Shown here in pieces: positions 29,108 to 42,600 of a stretch of 64,000 bases of DNA (positions are counted from its first letter, which is position 1; every line of letters begins with the position of its first letter). The notes under the pieces were generated by a model. It made no database searches. It saw only the letters and a list, made by a program, of their open reading frames with translations, and was not told the origin of the DNA. The translations under genes were made by a program, and so were the position numbers. Location of the stretch: assembly GCA_963667665.2 (NCBI GenBank), contig OY763927.2, forward strand, positions 1,820,961-1,884,960, read 5' to 3'. This stretch comes from Nitrosopumilus sp. (GTDB lineage Archaea; Thermoproteota; Nitrososphaeria; Nitrososphaerales; Nitrosopumilaceae).

Positions 29108-30634
29108 TAGCAACGTGCATAAGTTTCTGTACATGATATTTTAGGACCATCATAGGCATAATGCCTCTTGTCTGGGGAATACACCAAAAGCACAAAACAA
29201 AATGCATGGAAAATTAAAATTCAGATTCATGTATGGCTATACATATCACATTGGAAAAAAATGCAGGCGCCAACATGATACATACAGAAGATCAAACTAT
29301 TCGTACAATCATTGTTTTTGTGCAGGTTTAGACGATACCTGGTGTGATACAATGTCGGGATTTGGCGGATCATCCATCTTTATGAATGGCCGCATGATTC
29401 CTTTGGGCGGTTTTCTCTTCCAGAATTTCTTAAAATTATAATCAAACTTGTGTACCCTGATAAATTCATACACTGCTGCCAGATGTGCATCCTTGCCTGC
29501 ATAACGTATGGAATGATTCATTACACGTTTGAGTACGCTCCATACTTCCTCTACGGGATTCAGATATGGATGTCCGATAGGATACCACAGGACAATAATG
29601 TCGCGCTCTGCAAAGAATCTTTTCGTCTCCTTGGATGTATGCCGCGGTGCCTTGTCTAGTATCAGGACCATCTTGCCTACCTCCATGTACACCTTGTCCA
29701 TATGTTCTAGAAAGGAAGTGGTATTGACAGTCTGACAGTGATTAAAAAACTGTCTGCCGTCTTGTGTCATGCTGCATATCATTGAGAATCTATGAAATCC
29801 TCCGCTCCATAACATGAATATGCGTAGGCACAGTTTTGCCCAATATTTTGCAGACATTGCAGCGTCCTTAAAGTGTGATTCATCTTGTGTTACAATTGTA
29901 TATCGCATCTTTGTGTATCTTGCAATCTTTTGATACAGGCTGGCTCTCCATTTGTTCACCTCTTCTATTGGTGTTCTACTAACCATGATTGGCTGTGTCT
30001 TTTTTCTAGAGTATCCCCACTGTCTGGCATATCGCCTTATCTGCGAGATGCCAAGGTTTTTTCCAGACATCTCTTCTAGTTTGTCGTGCAGTTCTACGGG
30101 TGTAAATGCGCGTTCCTCGCACCAATGCCTTGCTTTGTTTAGAATTTTTCTGTCTATCTTGGGTGGACGTCCTGACCGTGGTTTGTCTGAGAGGGCCTGC
30201 CATATTCCATGAAATGATTTTGCAGCACATGCAAACCTGCAATGTTACATGGCAACAGTACGACGATCACAACAAGATATTTTGGCAGTATTGACAAATG
30301 TTTTGATTACCATAAATGCCAACAGCATGGATAACCGACGTGATATGCAGCCTGCATGTTCTACTTTTTGCACTTGTTTTAGCATTTTATGTCCATGCAT
30401 GTGTACATTTAGTGAAACAAATTTTTGACTTTTCCTATTTAGTAACAGTACGGTTAAATTGACGTTCGTGTGAAATGCCAAGATAGTTCTAATTTACAAA
30501 TTTGTGTGAAAAAAATACGTTGAAGGTATACAGATGCTGTTCGGAATGCAGGAGACGATGATTTACAAAGATGTGATGATCAAGGGACGACGATGCCCAG
30601 AAATTGGCTGTACAGAAACTTATGCGCATTGCTA
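29108..30634 (-). mobile_element. IS630-family IS with stop-interrupted transposase (mirror)
   Basis: Same TIRs and TA flanks; transposase 30400..29309 with the same stop; one D>G change (YADK vs YAGK). Confidence 0.9.
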
Positions 30635-33600
30635 TAGGTATGCGTGATGTCCACTGCAACTGAGACGGATGTGACGGTCCCGGAATCAGATACTGTGATG
30701 GTGTCAGATACGGTTTGAAGGTCAGGTATGGCAAGGTTTGGGGATCTTGTCTGCGTGAACTGTTCGGCAGAGGTGGTGGTGGTGCCTCCCCCTGTGCTGT
30801 CAGGGGACAGGATAAAGTCAGATGCATCCACCCCCGTAACATTCTCGCTGAAGGTCACCTTGTATACCAGTGTCTGGCTGTCGGTGTTTTCTGCTGCCGG
30901 GCTGTACCTCTCAATTGATGCAAGTGTGGGGGCAGTGACATCTGCAGGTATGGTGCTGACGGTGTATGTCTCGTCAGTTCCGGTGGTGGGGATAGTGTCA
31001 GTTAGAGGGTTGGCTGCGGCATCGGTGATGCTGTGGCCGGATGACACAAGATCAAGGTTGTAGGTACCGTCCTGCGCAGCAGAGAGCGTTGCATAGTACA
31101 CATCACCGGAGCCTGATATCGAGGTAACATGGGTGGCAATGTCAGAGTCATGATTGACTGTAAGCATCCAGCTGTTCAAAATGCCGTCGTCTGCACTGTA
31201 ATCGTCGTGCATCTGTAAGGTCCAGTTTCCTGCGATGGAGACGCTGCCAAAGTCAGGCGTGTAGGTCTGATCTATGTTAGCCGAACCGCTTGAGTGGTCG
31301 TGCAGCGTTTGAACCGTGCCGTCAGGGGCGATGAGGTCTACCTTGAGATCGACTACGTATTGGTGGGCGATGTCCACTGCAACAGAGACGGATGTGGCAG
31401 TGCCGGAGCCGGTAACTAGGATGGTGTCAGTCACGATCTGATCGTAGGGTATGGTGATGGCAGGCGTTCTTGTCTGCGTGAACTGTCCGGAGCCGGTACC
31501 GTTGCCAGTGCTGTCAGGAGATAATGTAAAGTCAGATGTGTCCACCCCCGTAACATTCTCGCTGAAGGTCACCTTGTATACCAGTGTCTGGCTGTCGGTG
31601 TTTTCTGCTGCCGGGCTGTACCTCTCAATTGATGCAAGTCTTGGGTTGGTGTTGTCTGTGACGGTGGTGCTGACGGTGTATGTCTCGTCAGTTCCGGTGG
31701 TGGGGGTTGTGTTGTTAAGGAGGTTGTTCGCTGCGTCCCTGATGCCGTGTCCTGACGAGACGAGGTCGAGGTTGTATGTTCCGTCCTGCGTGGCAGAGAC
31801 TGTCACATAGTACACATCACCTGAACCTGAGATGCCGGTGACGGGGCTGACAGTGGTGGTGGTGCTGTAATTGATGGTAAGTGTCCAGCTGTTCAGGACT
31901 CCTGGATCGGGAGCATCCCTGTCATGTATCTGCAGGGTCCAGACACCTGAGATGGGGATGCTTCCAAATAGCGGGGCGTACGGCTGGTCTATGTTGTCGG
32001 TGCTGCCGCCAGAATTGTCGTGTAGTGTTATTGAAGTGCCATCAGGGGCAATAATGTCTATCTTGAGATCGCCGATGTAGTTATGCGTAATGTCTACTTC
32101 AACTGAGACGGAGGCGACAGTTCCAGAACTGGAGACTGTGATGGTATCAGATACAGTTGCAAGGTTAGGTATGGTAAGGTGGGGGGATCTTGTCTGTGTG
32201 AACTGTCCAGTTGAGGTGGATGTGCTTTCTCCCCCCGCACTGTCAGAAGACAAGGTAAAGTCAGATACAGTTACTCCCGTGACATCCTCGCTAAAGGTTG
32301 CCTTGTAGACTAGTGTCTGGTTGTCCGTATTCTCGGTTGCAGGAGTGTACCGCTCAATTGATGCAAGTCTTGGGTTGGTGTTGTCTATAACTGCGGTACT
32401 GACGGTGTATGTCTGGTCTGCACCGGTGGTAGCCGTGTTGGTCAGCGAGTTGTTTGCAGCATCGACAATGTTGTGGTCTGATGAGACAAGATCAAGGTTG
32501 TATGTTCCGTCAGTAGATGAGGAGACTGTAACGTAGTACGTGTCGCCGGAGCCTGAGATGCCGGTGACTTGGGTGGTGCCGCTGACTCTTCCCGTACTGC
32601 TAGGAGACAGGACAAAGTCGGATGCAGTTACTCCCGTGACATCCTCGCTAAAGGTTGCCTTGTAGAGTAGAGACTGGCTGTCCGTATTCTCGGTTGCAGG
32701 AGTGTACCGCTCAATTGATGCAAGTCTTGGGTTGGTGTTGTCTATAACTGCGGTACTGACGGTGTATGTCTGGTCTGCACCGGTAGTAGCCGTGTTGGTC
32801 AGCGAGTTGTTTGCAGCATCTGCAATGTTGTGGTCTGATGAGACAAGATCAAGGTTGTATGTTCCGTCCTGCGTGGCAGAGACTGTCACATAGTACACAT
32901 CACCTGAACCTGAGATGCCGGTGACGGGGCTGACAGTGGTGGTGGTGCTGTAATTGATGGTAAGTGTCCAGCTGTTCAGGACTCCTGGATCGGGAGCATC
33001 CCTGTCATGTATCTGCAGGGTCCAGACACCTGAGATGGGGATGCTTCCAAATAACGGGGCGTACGGCTGGTCTATGTTGTCGGTGCTGCCGCCAGAATTG
33101 TCGTGTAGTGTTATTGAAGTGCCATCAGGGGCAATAATGTCTATCTTGAGATCGCCGATGTAGTTATGCGTAATGTCTACTTCAACTGAGACGGATGTGG
33201 CAGTTCCAGAACTGGAGACTGTGATGGTATCAGATACAGTTGCAAGGTCAGGTATGGTAAGATTGGGGGATCTTGTCTGTGTGAACTGTCCAGTTGAGGT
33301 GGATGTGCTTTCTCCCCCCGCACTGTCAGAAGACAAGGTAAAGTCAGATACAGTTACTCCCGTGACATCCTCGCTAAAGGTTGCCTTGTAGACTAGTGTC
33401 TGGCTGTCCGTATTCTCGGTTGCAGGATTGTACCGCTCAATTGATGCAAGTCTTGGGTTGGTGTTGTCTATAACTGCGGTACTGACGGTGTATGTCTGGT
33501 CTGCACCGGTGGTAGCCGTGTTGGTCAGAGGGTTGTTTGCAGCATCGACAATGTTGTGGTCTGATGAGACAAGATCAAGGTTGTATGTGCCGTCCTGCGT

Positions 33601-36600
33601 GGCAGAGACTGTCACATAGTACACATCACCTGAACCTGAGATGTCAGTAACGGAGCTGAGAGTTGTGGCAGTATCGCTGTAATTGATGGTAAGTGTCCAG
33701 CTGTTCAGGACTCCTGGATCGGGAGCATCCCTGTCGTGTATCTGCAGGGTCCAGACACCTGAGATGGGGATGCTTCCAAATAACGGGGCGTACGGCTGGT
33801 CTATGTTGTCGGTGCTGCCGCCAGAATTGTCGTGTAGTGTTATTGAAGTGCCATCAGGGGCAATAATGTCTATCTTGAGATCGCCGATGTAGTTATGCGT
33901 AATGTCTACTTCAACTGAGACGGAGGCGACAGTTCCAGAACTGGAGACTGTGATGGTATCAGATACAGTTGCAAGGTCAGGTATGGTAAGGTGGGGGGAT
34001 CTTGTCTGTGTGAACTGTCCAGTTGAGGTGGATGTGCTTTCTCCCCCCGCACTGTCAGAAGACAAGGTAAAGTCAGATACAGTTACTCCCGTGACATCCT
34101 CGCTAAAGGTTGCCTTGTAGAGTAGAGACTGGCTGTCCGTGTTCTGGGATGTCGGGCTGGACCGCTCAATTGATGCAAGTCTTGGGTTGGTGTTGTCTAT
34201 AACTGCGGTACTGACGGTGTATGTCTGGTCTGCACCGGTGGTAGCCGTGTTGGTCAGCGAGTTGTTTGCAGCATCGACAATGTTGTGGTCTGATGAGACA
34301 AGATCAAGGTTGTATGTGCCGTCCTGTAATGCAGAGACTGTCACATAGTACACATCACCTGAACCTGAGATGTCAGTAACGGGGCTGACAGTGGTGGTGG
34401 TGCTGTAATTGATGGTAAGTGTCCAGCTGTTCAGGACTCCTGGATCGGGAGCAGTCCTGTCGTGTATCTGCAGGGTCCAGACACCTGAGATGGGGATGCT
34501 TCCAAATAACGGGGCGTACGGCTGGTCTATGTTGTCGGTGCTGCCGCCAGAATTGTCGTGTAGTGTTATTGAAGTGCCATCAGGGGCAATAATGTCTATC
34601 TTGAGATCGCCGATGTAGTTATGCGTAATGTCTACTTCAACTGAGACGGAGGCGACAGTTCCAGAACTGGAGACTGTGATGGTATCAGATACAGTTGCAA
34701 GGTCAGGTATGGTAAGGTGGGGGGATCTTGTCTGTGTGAACTGTCCAGTTGAGGTGGATGTGCTTTCTCCCCCCGCACTGTCAGAAGACAAGGTAAAGTC
34801 AGATACAGTTACTCCCGTGACATCCTCGCTAAAGGTTGCCTTGTAGAGTAGAGACTGGCTGTCCGTGTTCTGGGATGTCGGGCTGGACCGCTCAATTGAT
34901 GCAAGTCTTGGGTTGGTGTTGTCTATAACTGCGGTACTGACGGTGTATGTCTGGTCTGCACCGGTGGTAGCCGTGTTGGTCAGCGAGTTGTTTGCAGCAT
35001 CGACAATGTTGTGGTCTGATGAGACAAGATCAAGGTTGTATGTGCCGTCCTGTAATGCAGAGACTGTCACATAGTACACATCACCTGAACCTGAGATGTC
35101 AGTAACGGGGCTGACAGTGGTGGTGGTGCTGTAATTGATGGTAAGTGTCCAGCTGTTCAGGACTCCTGGATCGGGAGCATCCCTGTCGTGTATCTGCAGG
35201 GTCCAGACACCTGAGATGGGGATGCTTCCAAATAACGGGGCGTACGGCTGGTCTATGTTGTCGGTGCTGCCGCCAGAATTGTCGTGTAGTGTTATTGAAG
35301 TGCCATCAGGGGCAATAATGTCTATCTTGAGATCGCCGATGTAGTTATGCGTAATGTCTACTTCAACTGAGACGGAGGCGACAGTTCCAGAACTGGAGAC
35401 TGTGATGGTATCAGATACAGTTGCAAGGTCAGGTATGGTAAGGTGGGGGGATCTTGTCTGTGTGAACTGTCCAGTTGAGGTGGATGTGCTTTCTCCCCCC
35501 GCACTGTCAGAAGACAAGGTAAAGTCAGATACAGTTACTCCCGTGACATCCTCGCTAAAGGTTGCCTTGTAGAGTAGAGACTGGCTGTCCGTGTTCTGGG
35601 ATGTCGGGCTGGACCGCTCAATTGATGCAAGTCTTGGGTTGGTGTTGTCTATAACTGCGGTACTGACGGTGTATGTCTGGTCTGCACCGGTGGTAGCCGT
35701 GTTGGTCAGCGAGTTGTTTGCAGCATCGACAATGTTGTGGTCTGATGAGACAAGATCAAGGTTGTATGTGCCGTCCTGTAATGCAGAGACTGTCACATAG
35801 TACACATCACCTGAACCTGAGATGTCAGTAACGGGGCTGACAGTGGTGGTGGTGCCGTAATTGATGGTAAGTGTCCAGCTGTTCAGGACTCCTGGATCGG
35901 GAGCAGTCCTGTCGTGTATCTGCAGGGTCCAGACACCTGAGATGGGGATGCTTCCAAATAACGGGGCGTACGGCTGGTCTATGTTGTCGGTGCTGCCGCC
36001 AGAATTGTCGTGTAGTGTTATTGAAGTGCCATCAGGGGCAATAATGTCTATCTTGAGATCGCCGATGTAGTTATGCGTAATGTCTACTTCAACTGAGACG
36101 GATGTGGCAGTTTCAGAATCAGGGACTGTGATGGTATCAGATACAGTTGCAAGGTCAGGTATGGTAAGATTGGGGGATCTTGTCTGTGTGAACTGTCCAG
36201 TTGAGGTGGATGTGCTTTCTCCCCCCGCACTGTCAGAAGACAAGGTAAAGTCAGATACAGTTACTCCCGTGACATCCTCGCTAAAGGTTGCCTTGTAGAC
36301 TAGTGTCTGGTTGTCCGTATTCTCGGTTGCAGGAGTGTACCGCTCAATTGATGCAAGTCTTGGGTTGGTGTTGTCTGTGACGGTGGTGCTGACGGTGTAT
36401 GTCTCGTCAGTTCCGGTGGTGGGGGTTGTGTTGTTAAGGAGGTTGTTCGCTGCGTCCCTGATGCCGTGTCCTGACGAGACGAGGTCGAGGTTGTACGTCC
36501 CGTCCTGCGCGGCAGAGACTGTCACATAGTACACGCTGCCAGAGCCTGATATCCCGGTGATAAAACCGGTACCAGCATTGCTTCCAACTAGGGACAGGAT

Positions 36601-39600
36601 AAAATCAGATGAGGTTACTCCCGTGACGCTTTCGCTAAAGGTTACCTCGTAGATCAGCGACTGGCTGTCCGTGTTCTGGGATGTCGGGCTGGACCTCTCA
36701 ATTGATGCAAGCCTTGGGTTGATGGTGTCTATGACGGTGGTGCTGACGGTGTATGTCTCGTCAGTTCCGGTGGTGGGGATAGTGTCAGTTAGAGGGTTGG
36801 CTGCGGCATCGGTGATGCTGTGGCCGGATGACACAAGATCAAGGTTGTAGGTACCGTCCTGCGCAGCAGAGAGCGTTGCATAGTACACATCACCGGAGCC
36901 TGATATCGAGGTAACATGGGTGGCAATGTCAGAGTCATGATTGACTGTAAGCATCCAGCTGTTCAAAATGCCGTCGTCTGCACTGTAATCGTCGTGCATC
37001 TGTAAGGTCCAGTTTCCTGCGATGGAGACGCTGCCAAAGTCAGGCGTGTAGGTCTGATCTATGTTAGCCGAACCGCTTGAGTGGTCGTGCAGCGTTTGAA
37101 CCGTGCCGTCAGGGGCGATGAGGTCTACCTTGAGATCGACTACGTATTGGTGGGCGATGTCCACTGCAACAGAGACGGATGTGGCAGTGCCGGAGCCGGT
37201 AACTAGGATGGTGTCAGTCACGATCTGATCGTAGGGTATGGTGATGGCAGGCGTTCTTGTCTGCGTGAACTGTCCGGAGCCGGTACCGTTGCCAGTGCTG
37301 TCAGGAGATAATGTAAAGTCAGATGTGTCCACCCCCGTAACATTCTCGCTGAAGGTCACCTTGTATACCAGTGTCTGGCTGTCGGTGTTTTCTGCTGCCG
37401 GGCTGTACCTCTCAATTGATGCAAGTCTTGGGTTGGTGTTGTCTGTGACGGTGGTGCTGACGGTGTATGTCTCGTCAGTTCCGGTGGTGGGGGTTGTGTT
37501 GTTAAGGAGGTTGTTCGCTGCGTCCCTGATGCCGTGTCCTGACGAGACGAGGTCGAGGTTGTACGTCCCGTCCTGCGCGGCAGAGACTGTCACATAGTAC
37601 ACATCACCTGAACCTGAGATGCCGGTGACGGGGCTGACAGTGGTGGTGGTGCTGTAATTGATGGTAAGTGTCCAGCTGTTCAGTACTCCTGGATCGGGAG
37701 CATCCCTGTCGTGTATCTGCAGGGTCCAGACACCTGAGATGGGGATGCTTCCAAATAACGGGGCGTACGGCTGGTCTATGTTGTCGGTGCTGCCGCCAGA
37801 ATTGTCGTGTAGTGTTATTGAAGTGCCATCAGGGGCAATAATGTCTATCTTGAGATCGCCGATGTAGTTATGCGTAATGTCTACTTCAACTGAGACGGAT
37901 GTGGCAGTTTCAGAATCAGGGACTGTGATGGTATCAGATACAGTTGCAAGGTCAGGTATGGTAAGGTGGGGGGATCTTGTCTGTGTGAACTGTCCAGTTG
38001 AGGTGGATGTGCTTTCTCCCCCCGCACTGTCAGAAGACAAGGTAAAGTCAGATACAGTTACTCCCGTGACATCTTCGCTAAAGGTTGCCTTGTAGACTAG
38101 TGTCTGGTTGTCCGTATTCTCGGTTGCAGGAGTGTACCGCTCAATTGATGCAAGTCTTGGGTTGGTGTTGTCTATAACTGCGGTACTGACGGTGTATGTC
38201 TGGTCTGCACCGGTGGTAGCCGTGTTGGTCAGCGAGTTGTTTGCAGCATCGACAATGTTGTGGTCTGATGAGACAAGATCAAGGTTGTATGTTCCGTCAG
38301 TAGATGAGGAGACTGTAACGTAGTACGTGTCGCTGGAGCCTGAGATGCCGGTGACTTGGGTGGTGCCGCTGACTCTTCCCGTACTGCTAGGAGACAGGAC
38401 AAAGTCGGATGCAGTTACTCCCGTGACATCCTCGCTAAAGGTTGCCTTGTAGAGTAGAGACTGGCTGTCCGTGTTCTGGGATGTCGGGCTGGACCGCTCA
38501 ATTGATGCAAGTCTTGGGTTGGTGTTGTCTATAACTGCGGTACTGACGGTGTATGTCTGGTCTGCACCGGTAGTAGCCGTGTTGGTCAGCGAGTTGTTTG
38601 CAGCATCTGCAATGTTGTGGTCTGATGAGACAAGATCAAGGTTGTATGTGCCGTCCTGTAATGCAGAGACTGTCACATAGTACACATCACCTGAACCTGA
38701 GATGCCGGTGACTTGGGTGGTGCCGCTGACTCTTCCCGTACTGCTAGGAGACAGGACAAAGTCGGATGCAGTTACTCCCGTGACATCCTCGCTAAAGGTT
38801 GCCTTGTAGAGTAGAGACTGGCTGTCCGTGTTCTGGGATGTCGGGCTGGACCTCTCAATTGATGCAAGTCTTGGGTTGGTGTTGTCTATAACTGCGGTAC
38901 TGACGGTGTATGTCTGGTCTGCACCGGTGGTAGCCGTGTTGGTCAGCGAGTTGTTTGCAGCATCGACAATGTTGTGGTCTGATGAGACAAGATCAAGGTT
39001 GTACGTCCCGTCCTGCGCGGCAGAGACTGTCACATAGTACACATCACCTGAACCTGAGATGCCGGTGACGGGGCTGACAGTGGTGGTGGTGCTGTAATTG
39101 ATGGTAAGTGTCCAGCTGTTCAGGACTCCTGGATCGGGAGCATCCCTGTCGTGTATCTGCAGGGTCCAGACACCTGAGATGGGGATGCTTCCAAATAACG
39201 GGGCGTACGGCTGGTCTATGTTGTCGGTGCTGCCGCCAGAATTGTCGTGTAGTGTTATTGAAGTGCCATCAGGGGCAATAATGTCTATCTTGAGATCGCC
39301 GATGTAGTTATGCGTAATGTCTACTTCAACTGAGACGGATGTGGCAGTTTCAGAATCAGGGACTGTGATGGTATCAGATACAGTTGCAAGGTCAGGTATG
39401 GTAAGGTGGGGGGATCTTGTCTGTGTGAACTGTCCAGTTGAGGTGGATGTGCTTTCTCCCCCCGCACTGTCAGAAGACAAGGTAAAGTCAGATACAGTTA
39501 CTCCCGTGACATCCTCGCTAAAGGTTGCCTTGTAGACTAGTGTCTGGTTGTCCGTATTCTCGGTTGCAGGAGTGTACCGCTCAATTGATGCAAGTCTTGG

Positions 39601-42600
39601 GTTGGTGTTGTCTATGACGGTGGTGCTGACGGTGTATGTCTCGTCAGTTCCGGTGGTGGGGATAGTGTCAGTTAGAGGGTTGGCTGCGGCATCGGTGATG
39701 CTGTGGCCGGATGACACAAGATCAAGGTTGTAGGTACCGTCCTGCGCAGCAGAGAGCGTTGCATAGTACACATCACCGGAGCCTGATATCGAGGTAACAT
39801 GGGTGGCAATGTCAGAGTCATGATTGACTGTAAGCATCCAGCTGTTCAAAATGCCGTCGTCTGCACTGTAATCGTCGTGCATCTGTAAGGTCCAGTTTCC
39901 TGCGATGGAGACGCTGCCAAAGTCAGGCGTGTAGGTCTGATCTATGTTGGCCGGACCGCTTGGGCGGTCGTGCAGCGTCTGAACCGTGCCGTCAGGGGCG
40001 ATGAGATCTACCTTGAGATCGTCTATGTATGGGTGGGCGATGTCCACTGCAACAGAGACGGATGTGGCAGTGCCGGAGCCGGTAACTAGGATGGTGTCAG
40101 TCACGATCTGATCGTAGGGTATGGTGATGGCAGGCGTTCTTGTCTGCGTGAACTGTCCGGAACCGGTACTGTTGCCAGTGCTGTCAGGAGATAATGTAAA
40201 GTCAGATGTGTCCACCCCCGTAACATTCTCGCTGAAGGTCACCTTGTATACCAGTGTCTGGCTGTCGGTGTTTTCTGCTGCCGGGCTGTACCTCTCAATT
40301 GATGCAAGTCTTGGGTTGGTGTTGTCTATGACGGTGGTGCTGACGGTGTATGTCTCGTCAGTTCCGGTGGTGGGGGTTGTGTTGTTAAGGAGGTTGTTCG
40401 CTGCGTCCCTGATGCCGTGTCCTGACGAGACGAGGTCGAGGTTGTACGTCCCGTCCTGCGCGGCAGAGACTGTCACATAGTACACGCTGCCAGAGCCTGA
40501 TATCCCGGTGATAGAACCGGTACCAGCATTGCTTCCAACTAGGGACAGGATAAAATCAGATGAGGTTACTCCCGTGACGCTTTCGCTAAAGGTTACCTCG
40601 TAGATCAGCGACTGGCTGTCCGTGTTCTGGGATGTCGGGCTGGACCTCTCAATTGATGCAAGCCTTGGGTTGGTGGTGTCTGCAACGCCTGGCAAGATAG
40701 TTATCTCAAATATGCGGGAATTGGATGTGCCAAAGTCTCCGGTGGAGGTTATGTTGACAATGGCAGGATTGGCATCAGGAATGGTCATCAGGACCAACGC
40801 GGCACCATTTATGCCAAAGTGTTCCGAGTCGCTACTGGATCCAATACTGTACGTAGGCTCATGGGTTGCAAGGAACTCATTCTGAGGTGTGATGTTTCCA
40901 ACTGCTTGCAGGATTCCTGTGACTGACGCATTGTCAAGCGTGATGTACCAATTTCCGAGGTTGCCGTTGAAGGAGGCGGACTGGAACATCTGTTCCATGT
41001 AGGTTACGCCAGAGACGTCCCATCCGGAGAGATCGCCGTTGAAGGAAGAGTAGGAGAACATGTAGGACATGTCGGTGACCGAGGAGACGTCCCAGCTGGA
41101 GAGGTCGCCGTTGAAGGAGGAGGCGGAGTTGAACATGCCGGCCATGTCGGTGACAGAAGAGACGTCCCATCCGGAGAGGTCGCCATCAAAGTCAGAGGTG
41201 TAGAAGAACATGCTGGCCATGTCGGTGACAGAGGAGACGTCCCAGCTGGAGAGGTCGCCGTTGAAGGAGAAGGCGGAGTTGAACATGTCGGACATGTCGG
41301 TGACAGAAGAGACGTCCCATCCGGAGAGGTCGCCATCAAAGTCAGAGGTGTAGAAGAACATGCTGGCCATGTCGGTGACAGAGGAGACGTCCCAGCTGGA
41401 GAGGTCGCCGTTGAAGGAGAAGGCGGAGTTGAACATGTCGGACATGTCGGTGACAGAAGAGACGTCCCAGCTGTTGAGGAGTTGGTTGAAGACACTGGTA
41501 AAGGCGAACATGCCGGACATGTCAGTCACCTTTGAGACATCCCAGCTGTTGAGGGGTTGGTTGAAGGAGGAGGCGGAGTTGAACATGCCGGACATGTCAG
41601 TGACAGAGGAGACGTCCCATCCGGAGAGGTCGCCATCAAAGTCAGAGGTGTAGAAGAACATGCTGGCCATGTCGGTGACAGAGGAGACGTCCCAGCTGGA
41701 GAGGTCGCCGTTGAAGGAGAAGGCGGAGTTGAACATGTCGGACATGTCAGTGACAGAAGAGACGTTCCAGCTGTTGAGGGGTTGGTTGAAGGAGGAGGCG
41801 GAGTTGAACATGCCGTTCATGTTACTGACCGAGGAGACGTTCCAGCTGTTGAGGAGTTGGTTGAAAACACTGGTAAAGGCGAACATGCCGGACATGTCAG
41901 TCACCTTTGAGACATCCCAGCCGTTGAGGGGTTGGTTGAAGGAGGAGGCGGAGTTGAACATGCCGGACATGTCAGTGACAGAGGAGACGTCCCATCCGGA
42001 GAGGTCGCCATCAAAGTCAGAGGTGTAGAAGAACATGTAGGACATGTCGGTGACCGAGGAGACGTCCCATCCGGAGAGGTCGCCGTTGAAGGAGGAGGCG
42101 GAGTTGAACATGCCGGACATGTCAGTGACAGAAGAGACGTCCCATCCGGAGAGGTCGCCATCAAAGTCAGAGGTGTAGAAGAACATGCTGGCCATGTCGG
42201 TGACAGAGGAGACGTCCCAGCTGGAGAGGTCGCCGTTGAAGGAGAAGGCGGAGTTGAACATGTCGGACATGTCAGTGACAGAAGAGACGTTCCAGCTGTT
42301 GAGGGGTTGGTTGAAGGAGGAGGCGGAGTTGAACATGCCGTTCATGTTACTGACCGAGGAGACGTTCCAGCTGTTGAGGAGTTGGTTGAAAACACTGGTA
42401 AAGGCGAACATGCCGGACATGTCAGTCACCTTTGAGACATCCCAGCCGTTGAGGGGTTGGTTGAAGGAGGAGGCGGAGTTGAACATGCCGGACATGTCAG
42501 TGACAGAGGAGACGTCCCATCCGGAGAGGTCGCCATCAAAGTCAGAGGTGTAGAAGAACATGTAGGACATGTCGGTGACCGAGGAGACGTCCCATCCGGA